Position numbers and translations under genes: made by a program
Part shown: positions 1 to 13,703 of the stretch, piece by piece
Layout of the letters: each line of letters opens with the position of its first letter
Numbering within the stretch: position 1 is the stretch's first letter
Origin: Mustelus asterias
Taxonomy: Eukaryota
Reading direction: 5' to 3'
Assembly: GCF_964213995.1 (NCBI RefSeq)
Contig: NC_135813.1
Location: forward strand, 61,318,001 to 61,382,000
DNA: 64,000 nt
The notes under the pieces: model-generated
What the model saw: the letters and a program-made list of their open reading frames with translations, nothing else
Databases searched by the model: none
What the model was told of the DNA's origin: nothing

Positions 1-330
1 ACTGTTGCTCATGGGTACTAACATTGATTACATTCTGGGATACATGAGCCAGGACCCGTGAGCTTGTAAACAGTGTAGCAGGACAGGACAAACACAGAAA
101 GAGCATGCGTTACATCTAATAGAGGATTCACGACAGTGAAAAGAAAATGGGTTAAGTAGACAATCGCAGAGACTGAATGTTGAGGCAAACTGGTTTCACT
201 GCACGATTTTATTGTGAATTTGTCAGCTAAACTGCAGTCTGCAGAATCTTGCACAGGCTGGCTCGACCTCTTTAGAGGGTCACCGTTGAAAGCGTAGGAC
301 CTTTGTTGGCCTTATGTCAGTTAACGTTAA
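1..330 (-). pseudogene. Degraded PAR1/F2R-like GPCR exon fragment, copy A (pre-TM1 to about TM4; runs off the window edge)
   Basis: Minus-strand ORF 18-254 gives QHSVSAIVYLTHFLFTVVNPLLDVTHALSVFVLSC, resembling TM3-ICL2-TM4 of PARs. DNA matches to the other copies: gcagagac-tgaatgt (~166) vs gcagagacgtgtgaatgt (~33080), gaaagagcat (~97 vs ~60636), cctctttag (~267 vs ~60923). By-eye only. Confidence 0.45.
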
Positions 331-539
331 GAACGGAACATCAACGGTATCGTTGAATACATAACGTTTGCTCAATTGATAAACTTAAAGGAGAGGCAGC
401 GAAACAAAGTCGTCTGTCCAGTGCTCTCCTCAGAGTCTTTCCCTCTTCTCCCATCCATACAGCCTCGTTTTCATGAGCACATTCAAAACTCTGCCGATTC
501 CCGCTTCGCAGCACTTGCAGCACACCCGTCAGAGGAACG

Positions 540-1920
540 TAGGGCAGGAGGAACCGGGAAAATGTAGCCCAGTAAGCCTAACATATGCCTCTGGGATAAT
601 GCTAACATATATTTTTTAGTGAATACTGGGAGGAGGCTTTGAAAATACCAATATAATCAAAAAGAGTTAACGTAGTTTTACAAGAAGTAGATCGTGGCTG
701 ACAAATCCATTATCGTTCTTTGAAGGCTTTACAGGCAGAAGGGTTAAAGGAAATCCAGTAATGTAGACTATTTTGATTTCCAAAAGCATTCAATAAGGTG
801 CCATGTACAAGTTTATTACAGAACATGTTAGCGTTAGATGCGCTAAATGAACACAGATAGACGATGTGCCAACTAACATCTAATATAGAGCCTGGAAAAT
901 GAGCCATTCCTCGTTTAGCAAAATAATTAGTGGAGGGCCGTAGGTTATGTAGCGTCAACTTTTTACAATCTATATGAAGGATGGATGAAAAGATCATGTG
1001 TATATAACAAAGTTGCTGACCATACAAAGGTAATCAAGAAAGCAACTTTCGAGCAGGCTAAAAAGTGGCTGAAAGGGAATGTAGATGGGATAAGCGGATG
1101 GGTAAAATTTACCAATGGAGTATAATGTGCAAAAATGTGAGTTTCCCAATTTGGCGGGAGCAATAGAAAAACTGGGCATTATTTAGATGGAGAGAGACTA
1201 CCGAATTCTACAGCACAGAGATTTGGGTGTCCTCCTTCGTGAAGCACAAAAGGTTAGCGTGCAGGTACAGCAAGTAATTAGAAAGAAAAATATGGCATCG
1301 GAATTTAATGGAATGGTGAACTATAAAAATAAGAGAGGTTTGGTATTGCTGATGATATTGATGAGACCGTAATTAGACTATTTCGCCGTTTGGCCTCTTT
1401 ACTTGAGGAGTAATATTGGTGCATTAGTGAAAGTTCAGGGAAGGCCAGCAGTTGATTCCCGGGATGATTTCGTTGCCTTAGGACGAAAGGTTAAGCAAGT
1501 TAGGCCTGTCATCACTGTTTTTTAGAAGAGTGAAAGGTGATCTCATTAAAAAATCGAGGTTTCTGAGGAATCTTAACAGGTTAAATACTGGGAGCATGTT
1601 TCTTGTCGTTGGAGAGTTTAGAACTACCGGCACTATCTAAAATTCAAGCGTCTCCCATTTAAGATACGGACGAGGGAGAATTTATTGCCTTAGATCATGG
1701 TCATCCTTTAGAATTCCATAGGAAATAGGAGTCTGGATCACTGAATGCATTCAATCCAGAGATAGAAGGGCTTCTGATCGACAAGGGAGTCAATAGTTAA
1801 GGGAGGCAGGCAGGAAAGTAGATTTTAGGCAAGAATCAAATCAGCCATGATCTTGTTGAATGATGGAGCATGCTCGAGAACCAGATTGTTTACTTTGCTG
1901 CTCTTTCGCACGTTCCTGTG
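540..1920 (+). mobile_element. Old, degraded CR1 LINE ORF2/3' fragment
   Basis: Degenerate RT-type segments (gatttccaaaagcattcaataaggtgcc, gagatttgggtgtcct) and a CR1 3' tail (aaatcagccatgatcttgttgaatg). Confidence 0.75.
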
Positions 1921-3896
1921 ATAGTAGGAGACTTTGTTCCTCGTCAATTAGCTCATGGGCTGCTCTGAATGTTAATAGCCTTGCCCCATTAAGCTTACTA
2001 ATCCTGCCTCAGAAAAATTCACCAACCTCCTTAAAAGATAAATAAACCGACCTATTTTTAACAACGTTTTGGGTGAAGTCTATTCTGGATTCTCATTTCG
2101 CTTTATGCCACGAAGTGTACTGAGCACCACTGAGTGGCAAATACGTAATTGTAACATAAAAGCCCACTTTTCCTGAACTAATTCAGTCATAGTAACCACC
2201 TTAATTAGATACTATGCTCACTGAATACAAGTCTATGCAGCCAGTTCTTGTAACATTTTTGGCATGGTATCATTATGGGGAATTTGCTCTGCCCCACCTA
2301 ATTTCGACATGTATTTCCTGAGATGTTCTGCCCAGAAAAGAACAGATGATTCCATATGTGGTCAAACCAGATATTTATATAACTTTATAATGGCTACCAG
2401 GGGACAGTCAACACAGTTGGCTAAATGGTCAACACTGTGAGCTTGATTTCAGTTTTGACTGGACGCCTGCCCACCCACCCCATCATTGAGAGTGGGAGCT
2501 AATGGCGACACAACCAAGGATGGCGCATCAGGAAACAATGATTTTGGGCAACGGATGCGACAACTATCCATGTACATCACAGCCATTTTGAGATAAAGGC
2601 CAATTGTTTTACCCGTTGCAATTCCTTTGTTTCCTGGATTTAACTGGCGGCGGAAGAGGCCATTTCCAGAACGCCAGCCCGGTAGATTTCGCTGCGCTGG
2701 CAGGTTGGGGGCGGAGCAGTCTCTCCTGAATGAGACTCAAGGTCCATCTGATATGGAAATATGGAGGTTTATGTGGGCAAGTATCAAGCCGTCCATCTGA
2801 GTCTTGAGGATGACAACTCAAATATTTACTTAATTCTAGGATCTATGGATGAACAAAAGGATTTAGGTGGCTGCATACAAAAGCCACTCAAAATGATGGA
2901 ATAGTTGAAAAGGAAAAGTCAAACAAAAGGTAGCACTTTACCACAGACGCATTAGAATTAAAAAGTGAGTGTATGATGCACAGTTTTTTGGATAACGGGG
3001 TTGCCTGCCCCGACAACTAAATAGGTTTGCAGTCCCAACAGCAAGATCCATCCCCTGAAGAAGGGACCTCACAGTAGCCTTCGCAGTGAAAGCCGTCGGG
3101 CTACTCACCTTGCCTTTGCCTTCCTCTGGTGCATATGAAATACGGGAGGCGGAATGAGTTTCTTCCGTGACCATCAATTAACATCTTAAGGGCTTTAAAC
3201 GGCCGAAGGATAGATGGGCTGCCTGACACACTTCTTGTTCAGTATAATATGCGTGTCCGGTCCGGAGTGCGCGGGAAGGCATTGTGGTCTTATGGTCAAA
3301 TAGGGTGCAACGTGAGTCATTAAACACGAGACAGAGGCTGTGATGCAGCTGAGTAAATAATCTCGGCTCGTAGCAACGAATGTGACACAATATTGACAGA
3401 TTAGAGCTAACTTAAACACTCCACAATCTTATTAACCCGGACCCCACTGTGCCAGACTTGAGTGAAGATTTCCTGAGCTGGCAAATAAGCTGGCATGAGC
3501 GGTGGACAAACGCAGAACGAATATTTCTTACATTTAAGTAAATATTCAGACCTTTAGGAAATTTGATTAAGTAGTCACCCTCAGAGTTCGAAGGTTGAGA
3601 CAACCTATGCCAGTAACTGTACTGTTCTATTTTAAATTTCTCCATGATACTGTCGTCTGTAGTTCTTTGTCAGGGGCGGCTTCGCCTCTTTACGTAGCCG
3701 CTCTTAAAAGCGCAACCCCTTTGTAGAACTTATTTTAGTTCCATAAAGCTTGGTGCATATATTTATAACCTGAAATTCTACTTTTCTTCCCATTATTAAA
3801 TTCAGCCACTTGGCAACCTAATAGGCTTGATATTCCACATGCAGTCACATGTAGGCCAGACCAGCTAAGTATGGTCACCGGTCAGATCTGGCTCTT

Positions 3897-4265
3897 GGGC
3901 GGCGATGGCGCAGTGTTATCGCCGGTCTAACAGGCTGGTAAACCCAGAGGAACGCTTTGGGAACCTGGGTTCGAATTCCAGCACGTAGCGATGAAAATTA
4001 AATGTAATAAAAATCCGGAAAAATCAAATGATTGTCACGAAACTATTGTTGATTATAATTACAGAACCATCTGGTTCATTAATGCCCTTTAGGGAAGGAA
4101 ACCTGCCATCCTTACCTGGTCTGGCCTGCATATGACTCCAGTGCCACAGCAATGCAGTTGACTTTTAAAATGCCCTCTGAAATGCATTCAAGTCAAGGGC
4201 AAATAGGGATGGGAAATGCGAAATGAAAACTGTCTCAAACAGTGACACACACATCCCATGAATGA
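3897..4265 (+). mobile_element. tRNA-derived SINE, same family as 30895-31278 and 46020-46388
   Basis: B-box-like gggttcgaattcc, conserved body (cctttagggaaggaaa...tgactccag), and tail agggcaaatagggatggg. Confidence 0.75.
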
Positions 4266-6189
4266 AGAACAGTAGGAAAATTCTGGATTCCTTAATTACG
4301 AAAGTAGTAACAGGGCATTTTGGAAATCATAATCGTATCAAGCAGAGTCACCATTCTTTTGTGAAAGGGAAATCATGTTTGACCAATTTCCCGAATTAGC
4401 TGAGGACGCAACAAGCAGATGGGGTAAAGGGGAACATTTTCTACAACCAGCGACATCATTAGACCTTTAATTCCAGATTTTTAATGAAATTCAAATTCCA
4501 CCATTTGCAATGGTGGGATCCGAACGCTGGTGGCCGTAGCATTAACCTAAGGATCAGGAAACGGACCACTGCGCCACCGCCTATGCATTTTGGGCCGATT
4601 TTTTCTGGCTACGGCTCATTTGAATTGCAGTCAGCTTGGCATTATTACAATTATTTTTTCTAGCTGTGCACTACCTTTTAGTGATTTCAGCACTCGGACG
4701 CTCATTTCTCCGCTCATCCACGATTCGTAATTCGCACGTTCCCTGTTTTGACACATGCTGATCATGAATTCTTATGTCAAAGTGCATGACCTAAAACCTT
4801 TCCACATTGAACTGCATCACACTACATTTAACCCAATCAATAATTCCATCTGTTCCCTTTTTCAATTTTCTCCTCATGTTTGTACTATCTATTGTGCGAA
4901 TACACTTAGTGTGGTCAGCAAATTTAAACGCGGAGCTCTCTCTATTTCTTCATCCAAATCATTTTTTCTGTATCATAGAAAGCTGCAGCGACCAGAGAGA
5001 CACCTATTGGATATCAATCTTTTCATTCTGCCAATTTAAATACGAACCCATAATCCCAAAATTCTGTCTCCTGTCTCCTAACGTTTCCGTATCGAACAAA
5101 ACATGTTGCCTCCAACTACATTCGCTCTCATTTTTATCAAGTCTCTTAAACCGAATCTGTTCAAATCACTTTTGTGATCGCCGACCTGAAATGACCGTTC
5201 TTTCGCAAATAGTTTGAAGTTAAATTGCTCGTGCTCATGTTTAAACCCTTCGATATTTTGTCCCTTCTTTAACGCTGTAATATCTTCAAGCCATACATCT
5301 TCTGGAAATGTTACGTTGCTCCAACTATTCGGTCGTATGCATCTCCCACTTATTTTACGCCATCATATCTAGGCCTTAAACTGTGCAACCCCCTCCTCCC
5401 ACCGCAGCCGACCCCAAGACATCTTCGTGATTCCATCTCTGACTTCCTTTAACACTTTACTTACAACTTAGATCTTTACACAGGTATTTTGTTAGCTGTC
5501 TTAATTACTCCTTCTTTGCCTCGGCGCGGGACGGTTTGCACTTGATGCTGCCAAAGGAATTAGTGTGGATGGAAGGGTTTGCGGTAATCTCCCTATCTGC
5601 TCTTGATACAGGGCAAGTGCTGGAGAAAGGAAATTTTTCAAGGTGACATTCGCGTTCAAGATACGCTCGACTAATGGATATTATGTTCAGCATTGCAAAA
5701 TACTGGTCATTTAGTAGCGGCCAAATCAGTTGATTAATTAACAGAGAAATACGTGATAGGAACATTAAATGTGAGAATAACAACAAGGTTTTTGGTGATA
5801 TACCTGCTTATCCTGTACAACCTTTTGATTTACGATGGGTTATTGTAATGGAATGGGCCCAGTTCTGAGACGATGCAAATAAGTGTAAATTATTCATAAA
5901 ATCTGGAAGCAAAGAAAGATCTTGATTCATTCCTTATATGTTGATAAAGGAGAAAGCCTGTTTCTTCCCAGCTGAAATAAACAGACAATGGAAATGCAAC
6001 TTGAATGTATTCCAGACAGCAGTCCTAGGCTATTGGATCCTTCAGTGTAAAATGTAACCACGCCACTTTAAATCGCTCAGGAGAACGCGGTACAAAGACA
6101 GCATTTTCATTAATATTCTCTCCCCGTTCATACTTAATTTTATGAAGGCGATTAACTTGTTTTCTCATTTAAACGTTTGGGTTGTTTTA

Positions 6190-9060
6190 TTTATTCAACG
6201 GGGTGTGTGCGTCGCTAGCTTGGCCAGCATTTATTGCCAATCCCTAGTTGCTCTTCAGAAGGTGGTGGTGACCTGCCTTCCTGAACTACGACCTACTCCT
6301 TGAGGTGCGGGTACACCCACAGTGTTGTTAGAGAGGGAATTCCAGGATTTTGACCCAGCGACAGTGAAGGAACAGTGATATATTTGCAAGTCAGGATGGT
6401 GAGTGACTTGGAGATTGTGGTGTTCCCAGGTATCTGCTGCTCTTGTCCTTCTTGATGCTATTGGTTGTGGGTTTAGAAGCTGCTGCCAAAAGAAACTTGG
6501 TGAGTTCCTCTGGTGCATCTGGGAGATGGTGCACAGAGCGGCCACTGTTCCTCGCTGATGGAGGGATTGATTGTTCGTGAAAGATATAGCAATCAAGCGG
6601 GTTGATTTATTTTGGATGGCGTCGAGCTCCTTGAGTGTTATTGGAGTTGCACTCACCCAGGCAAGTGGAGAGTATCCCATTACACCCCACATTTATGCTT
6701 TGTATATGGTGGACAGAGTTTGGGGAGTCGCAAGGTGCGTTATTCACCGCAGGATTGGTAGCCTTTGATCTGCTCTGATCCCTCAGTGTTTATATGGCTA
6801 GTCCACTTCTGTTTCTGGATATTGATAGTAGAAGATTCATCGATGGTAATGCCTTTGACGATCAAGGGATGATGGCTAGATCTTCTTTTGTTGGAGATGA
6901 TCATTGCCGGGCTCTTCTGTGATGCGAATGATACTTGCTACTTGTCAGCTCAAGCCTGGATATTGCACAGGTCTTGCTGAATTCGGACGTGGACTGCTTC
7001 AATATCTGTGGAGTCGCGAATGGTGCTGAACATTGAGCTGTTATCTGCAAAAATCCTCACTCTGACCTTATGATGGAAGGTAAGTTATTGATGAAGAAGT
7101 TGAAGTTGGTTGGGCCTAGGACACTAACCTGAGGAACTCCTGCAGTGAGGGCCTGGAGCTGATGAGGATGACCTCGAACCACCACAACCATCTTCCTTTG
7201 TGCCAGGGATGACCCCAACCAGTGGAGAGTTTGTCCCCTGATTCCTATTGACTCCAGTTTTGCAAGTGATCCTTAATGCCACATTCGCCTTGATATTAAG
7301 GGCAGTCACTCTCATCTCAGCTTTAGCATTCAGCTCTGTTGTCTATATTTGAACAATCGCTGTAATGAGGTCAGGAGGTGAATGCCCTGGGGGAAACCAA
7401 ACTGAGGGTCCGTGAGCAGGTTATTGCTGAGCAAGTGCGGCTTGATAACACTGTTGATGAACCCTTCCATTAGTTTGCTGATGAGCAAAAGTAGACTGAT
7501 GGAGCGGTTATTGGCTTGGTTGTATCTGTCCTGTTTCCAGTGAACCTATCTTGGCAATTTTTCACATTGCCAGGTAGATGCCAGTTTCATAACTGTACTG
7601 GAGCAGCTTGGCCAGCGGTGCAGCAAATTTTGGAGCACAAGTTTTCAGGCCAATTGCCGGAATATTGTACAGCCTTTGTAGTAATAATGCTTTCAACAGT
7701 TTCTTGATGCCACGGGGAGTGAATCGAATTGACTGAAGACAGACAGCTGTGATGCTCGAGACGTCTGGAGGTGGCCGAACTGGATCATCCACTCGGCACT
7801 TCTGGATGAAGACTGTTGCGAATGCTTCAGTCTTATCTTTTGCACAGAAGTGCTGGGCTCTTCCATCGTTGAGGATGTGGATATCTGAAGAACCTCCTCC
7901 TCCAGTGAGTTGTTTACTTATCCACCACCTTAACGGCTGGATGTGACAGGACTGCAGACCTTAGATCTGATCCGCTGGTTGTGGAATTACTTAGATCTGT
8001 TTATTAATTGCTGCTTATGCTGTTTGGCATATAAGTAGTCCCTTGTTGTCGCTTTATCAGGTGGATACCTCATTTTTAGATATGCCTGGTGTTGTTCCTG
8101 GCATGCTTTCCTGCACTCTTCATGAAACGAGCGTTAGTCCGCTGGCAGGTGGTAATGGTAGAGTGGGGAAGGTGACAGGCCATGAGGTTGCAGATTGTAG
8201 TTGAGTACAATTCTGCTGCTGCTGATGGCCCACATCGCCTCATGAATGCCCAGTCTTGAATTGCTAGTCTGTCCAAAGTGTATCCCATTTAGCACGATGG
8301 TAGTGTCACACATACGACGGAGGGTTCCTCGATGTGAAGAGGGGACCTCGTCTTGACAAGAATAATGCAATGGTCACTCCCACTAATAATGTCATGGACA
8401 ATGCAGCTGCGGAAGACAGGTTGCTGAGGATGATGTCAAGTATGTTTTTCCCTCTTGTTTGTTCCCTCACCACCAGCCACAGACCCAGTCGAGAATCTAA
8501 GTCGTATAGGACCCGGCCAGCTCAGTCTGTGGTGGTGCTACTGAGCCAGTCTTGGTGAGGGACATTAAAGTCTCCCACCCAAAGTACATTGTGTGCCCTC
8601 GCCGCCCTCAGTGCTTCCTCCAGTAGTGTTCAATATGGAGGAGGAGTATGAATTCATCAGCTGGGCGGGGGGGGTGTGGGTGGGGGGGGGGGGGGCGGCG
8701 AGAGGGAATGGCGCGTGATAACTAGCAAGCGGTTTCCTTGCCCATGTTGAATCTGGTGGCATGGCACTTCATGGAGTCCAGAGTCGATGTTGAGGACTTC
8801 CTCCCGGCTTTATATCACTGTGCCACCGCCTCTGATGGGTCTCTCCTGCCGGGGAGACAGGACATACCAAGGAATGATGATGGTGGTGTCTGGGACGTGT
8901 TCTGGCAGTTATTATTCCCTGAGTATGACTACGTCAGGCACTTGACGAGTGAGACTGCTCTCACTTTTGGCACAAGCCCCCAGAAGTCAATAAGGAGGGC
9001 TTTGCAGGTTCGACAGGGCTGAATTTGCAGTTGTTGTTTCCAGTGTGTTCGATTTCATTC
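6190..9060 (-). mobile_element. L2/Crack-like (CR1 group) non-LTR retrotransposon, degraded and internally deleted
   Basis: Minus-strand peptides YSPLAWVSATPITLKELDAIQNK (RT C-terminus) and IRFTPRGIKKLLKAL...LKTCAP, plus endonuclease-region remnants. 3' tail near 6190-6260. Confidence 0.8.
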
Positions 9061-9259
9061 CTTTATACTTTCTTCTTGGAAGTCGAATGCAACTCAATGG
9101 CTTGCTAGGCCATTTCAGAAGATATTTAAGAGTCATCCGCATTGCCGTGGGTCTGGATTAACACGTATTCCAGACTAGGACGTCAGGTTTCTACCCCGAA
9201 AGAGCTTTAGTGAACCAGATGCATTTTTAGGCAATCCACAATAGTTTCGTAGTCACAGA

Positions 9260-10190
9260 GTCCTCGAGTCATATAGCGCAGAAAAGGCCCTTCGATTCAC
9301 CGAGTCTGCATCAACAATATGAACCACAAAACTCGCACCAATCCCATTTTCCCACACTTGTCCCATATCCCTGAATATTATGATATTTCAAGTGCTCATC
9401 CAAAGATGTTTGGAAGGTTGTAAGCTTTCTAGCCTCGACTATCTTCCCAGGCAGTCAATTTCAGATTCACACTGCCTCTGAGTGAAGACGCTTTTTTTCT
9501 CAAATGCCCTCTGCATCTCCTGCCCTTACCCGAAAACTATGCCCCTCGTGATTGACCCCTCAACCAAGGGGAACAACCCTCATAATCCTATACCTCTCAA
9601 CTATGCCGCACCCCCCCCCCCCCCCACCCATCATTCTCTGCTCTAAAAAAAGCGATCCAAAACTCTCCATTTGTTCAAATCTTCCATCGCAGCAACATTC
9701 TGATTATCCTCTTCTGTACCCCGTCTAATTCTATCACATTCTTCCTATAGCGAGGTAACCAGAACTGCACTAATATTTCAGCTGTGGCCCAACTAACGCT
9801 CTATACAATGCCAACATTACCACCTTGCTCTTGTATTCTATGCTACGGCTGATGAAAGTAAGTGTCCCATATGCTTTCTTAACTATTCTATTCACGTGAT
9901 CTGCCAGTTTCGGGGATCTATGAATAATTACCCCACGATCCCTATGTTCCTTTGAGCTTCCCAATATCCTGCCATTCGTTAAATACGCTCAGATCTTGTT
10001 TCTTCTTCTTCGAAAGTGCAACACTTCGCAGTTATCAGTGTTAGATACCATCTGCCACTGTTCTGTCTATCTGACCAACCCATCTATATATTCCTGTGAC
10101 CTACAACAAACTTCTTCACTATGAACCACCCTACCAATTTTGTTGTCGTCTGCAAACCTGCTTATCATTCCCCCCACATTTTCATCTGTG
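9260..10190 (-). mobile_element. CR1 LINE 3' fragment
   Basis: ORF 9770-9964 (KKAYGTLTFISRSIEYKSKVVMLALYRALVGPQLKY) and a CR1 tail near 9260-9310. Confidence 0.85.
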
Positions 10191-13100
10191 AGTGATAAAT
10201 GCTGGCCGAGCATTTATTTTAAGACTCTGCCTGCTGTTTCTAGTCTCAGCTGTAAGGAGGAATACCTTTCTATAATCTATCCTTCAAGCAATTTGAACAT
10301 TTTATATGTTTCAATGCGATTCTCCCTTTCATTATTCTAAATTCTGGGGATACTGGCCCAGTTTATTCTATCTCTCCTCAGAGGACAATACTTCCAACCA
10401 GAAATAAGTCTGCTGAAACTTTAATTTTCTCCCAGTAAACCAGGCATCTATCTCCTTAGATGTAAACACATTAGTGATCTCATTGCGACCCGACTGTATT
10501 GTTCTCTGTGTCGTCGTACCTGTGGAGGGCAGTTTTTGAAACTGAAGAAATCTCATACATACTTTCTGGATTATTTTAGATGTGGACGGAATAATTGTAT
10601 TGTAATTGAAAGCAATGCAGACACTTCACGTCTGCCGAATTTAAAGGCAGATCAATGCGGCTTATTGGCACGAAACAGTATTTGATGTCCTGTTATTCAA
10701 ATAGTTTCCCATTGCATGTAATTGTAAAAACAATCTGCAGCATGGAAACAGTCAATTCAGCTTCGCTTTCGCTGTTCAGTTAGATCACGTTTGATCTGTC
10801 GCTCTCTTTCATTTCTCAGCTTTTCCCTATATCTCTTGATATTCTTACCTAATAAAGATTTATCGAGTTCAAGTCTTCAAAATGTCTATTGACCCATTAT
10901 TCATCACCTCTATGGAGACACGTCAGGTTTCACCTACCACTTGTCTGAGAGAGAGCTTCGTGATTTCACTTAATGACCGAACAGCAACTTTAAATTTCCA
11001 CTCTTCTTCTGGGTTAAGTCACAAATAGAAATAGTTCCTCTGTATTATCATTTCGTTTTATAAAAAAATGATTGCATCAATCATCCATCTTAAAGCTTTT
11101 TGAAATCTGCCCTCAAAATTAAACAATTGGAAATAAGTGTATCACATTGATAAATCTTCACTGTACCACTTCAAAGCAAATATACCTTTCATGGGTTTTG
11201 TGCCGAAAACTGAATGCCGAACTCCAGACGTGGTGTAGCTAAGATTTGGTGTTGCGGGAGCATTACTCCCTCGAATTTTATTTCCAGTCCCCTTGTAATA
11301 AACACCAAAATAATATTCAGCTTTTTCATTTCTCTTTACACCTAGATTTCAGTGTTTTGCGTAAATCAACAAACAAATCCATCATTTCATCCAAAGCTCC
11401 TGGCCCCGCAACGTTAACTCAAAACTGTTTTTTTTGGTGGTGTGGGGCGGGGTGGGGGCGGGGTGGGCGGTTCTCACAGCTCAAAGTGTATAATTTCATA
11501 CCTTCTAGTTGAACTCCGTTTGGCATAATTTGAAATTTTACTTGTCTATCTATGGGATTTCCATTGGGGAGCCTAGTGATCCACTGCAACTCTCAATATT
11601 GTGCCATCTGCAAAGTCCTTCATCCAAGTCAATAATGTATATGGAGAAAATTTGCGCAGCTAGAACTGATCGCTTCAGAAATCCACTTGTCACATCCAGT
11701 TAATCGGAAGCCGACCCCTTAACCCCTTCGTACGCGCTCCTACCTCCTAGCCAATTAACAAAACTTTCAACTAAAATACTTATATTTTTCCTAGGTAGCT
11801 ATCTTTCCTTCATGCGTCCCTGTTCTGGATTCAACGACAATGGAAGCGTTTTTACACATTCGAAGTTTATGAGTGAAAGCCCAGCTTGTTGTTCTCGGTG
11901 TCGGATGTGGGAGTTCCTGGAGTCAGCTCGCCTCCCGGACGTCCATATCTGCGCCGGTTGCATCGAACTGCAGCTCCTAAGGGACCACGTTATGGTACTG
12001 GAGCTGCGGCTCGATGACCTTCGTCTGGTCAGGGAAAATGAGCAGCTGATGGATCGGAGTTACAGGCAGGTGGTCACACCGGGGCGACGGGAGGAAGACA
12101 CGTGGGTCACAGTTAGGAAGGGGAAGGGTCAGGTACGAGAGAGTACCCCGGTGGCTGTGCCTCTTCAAAATAAGTACTCCTGTTTACGCGGTTTTGGGGG
12201 GAGCAGCCTACCTGGGGGAAGAAACAGTGGCCGTGCCTCCGGCAGAGTCCAGGGAGGATGAGCAAACTGATCACAGCACCAGGGTACAGGGAGCCGTTCA
12301 AGTGGGGGGAGAAAAAAGGAATGTAGTAGAAATTGGGGATAGTACACTTTTGGATGCTGTTGGGGGGGAAGACTTAGCAGGGGTAAGCCATGGGGTACAG
12401 GTCGCTGACTCAGAGCCTGTCCTTGTTGCTCAGAAGGGAAGGGGCGAGAGGAGTAGAGGCTTAGTCATTGGGGACTCCATTGTTAAAGGGACGGATAGGA
12501 GATTCTGCGGGAACGAGAGAGACTGGCGGTTGGTGTGTTGCCTCCCAGGAGGCAGAGTCCATGATGTCTCGGATCGTGTTTTCAAAATCCTTAAGAGGAA
12601 GGGGGACCAGCCCCAAGTTGTGGTTCACATAAGCACTCAAGACATTGGTAGGAAAAGGGATGGGGATGTAATGCAGAAATTCAGGGAGTTAGGGTGGAAG
12701 CTTAAGGCTAGAACAAACAAAGTTGTTATCTCTGGTTTGTTACCCGTGCCACGTGATAGTGAGGAGGGGAATAGGGAGAGAGAGCATTTGAACACGTGGT
12801 TACAGGGCTGGTGCAGGTTTCAGATACCTGGACAATTGCGGTTCTTTCTGGGGTCGGTGGGACCTCTACAAACAGGATAGTCTGTGCCTGAACCAGAGGG
12901 GTACCAATATCTTGGGGGTGAAATTTGCTAATTCTCTTCGGGAGGGTTTAAACTAATTCAGCAGGGGGGTGGGTACCTGAATTGTAGCTCCGGTGTACAG
13001 AAGGTTGAGAGTAGTGAGATCATGGATGAGGTTTCAGGTTCGCAGGAGTGTACTGGCAGGCAGGAACGTGGTTGGAAGTGTGTATACTTTCACGCCAGGA

Positions 13101-13465
13101 GCATCCGGAATAAGGTGGGTGAACTTGCAGCATGGGTTGGTATCTGGGATTTCGATGTTGTGGCCATCTCGGAGACATGGATAGAGCAGGGATAGGAATG
13201 GTTGTTGCAGGTTCCAGGGTTTAGATGTTTCAGTAATTGCAGGGAAGGTTGTAAAAGAGGGGGAGGTTTGTCATTGTTAGTCAAGGACAATATTACGGTG
13301 GCAGAAAGGACATTTGATGAAGACTCGTCTGCTGAGGTAGTTTGGGCTGAGGTTAGAAACAGGAAAGGAGAGGTCACCCTGTTGGGAGTTTTTTATAGAC
13401 CTCCGAAAAGTTCCAGAGATGTAGAGGAAGGGATTGCAAAGATGATTCTGGATGGGAGGGAAAGT

Positions 13466-13703
13466 CATGATGTGGAGATGCCGGCATTGGACTGGGGTAA
13501 ACACAGTAAGAGTTTTAACAATACCAGGTTAAAGTCCAACAGGTTTATTTGGTAGCAAATGCCATTAGCTTTCGGAGCGCTGCTCCTTCGGACGGGATTC
13601 ATTTCCACTCCATCTGACGAAGGAGCAGCGCTCCGAAAGCTAATGGCATTTGCTACCAAATAAACCTGTTGGACTTTAACCTGGTGTTGTTAAAACTCAG
13701 ACT
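13466..13703. mobile_element. Penelope-like element remnant (3' end plus inverted pLTR arm) inserted in CR1 ORF2
   Basis: Interrupts the CR1 endonuclease. 13-bp TSD tgggagggaaagt (13453-13465) / taggagcgaaagt (13704-13716). 81-bp inverted arms 13510-13590 and 13618-13698 with 1 mismatch. Confidence 0.8.
13610..13646 (+). ncRNA. Minimal type I hammerhead ribozyme motif (Penelope-type)
   Basis: CCAT-CTGACGA-A-GGAGC(AGC)GCTCC-GAAA-GC-TA-ATGG: stem I CCAU/AUGG, core CUGANGA and GAAA, stem II GGAGC/GCUCC, palindromic AGCU in place of stem III. Confidence 0.7.

Noticed and set aside
2433-2440. CACTGTG heptamer (another near 3445, and many CACAGTG in SINE heads) as an RSS
   Set aside because: No nonamer at 12 or 23 bp spacing and no adjacent V or J; the SINE copies are tRNA A-box sequence.
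8660-8705. G-runs here and elsewhere as functional G-quadruplex elements
   Set aside because: Homopolymer expansions inside decayed repeats; no further evidence.
10460-10556. ctccacag|GTACG on the minus strand as the start of another V exon
   Set aside because: The following peptide lacks Cys, Trp or any V framework motif.
13466-13703. Hairpin as a miRNA precursor, MITE or CRISPR repeat
   Set aside because: The asymmetric 3' extension, 13-bp TSD and hammerhead motif fit a Penelope-like inverted pLTR; no repeat-spacer array; eukaryotic DNA.
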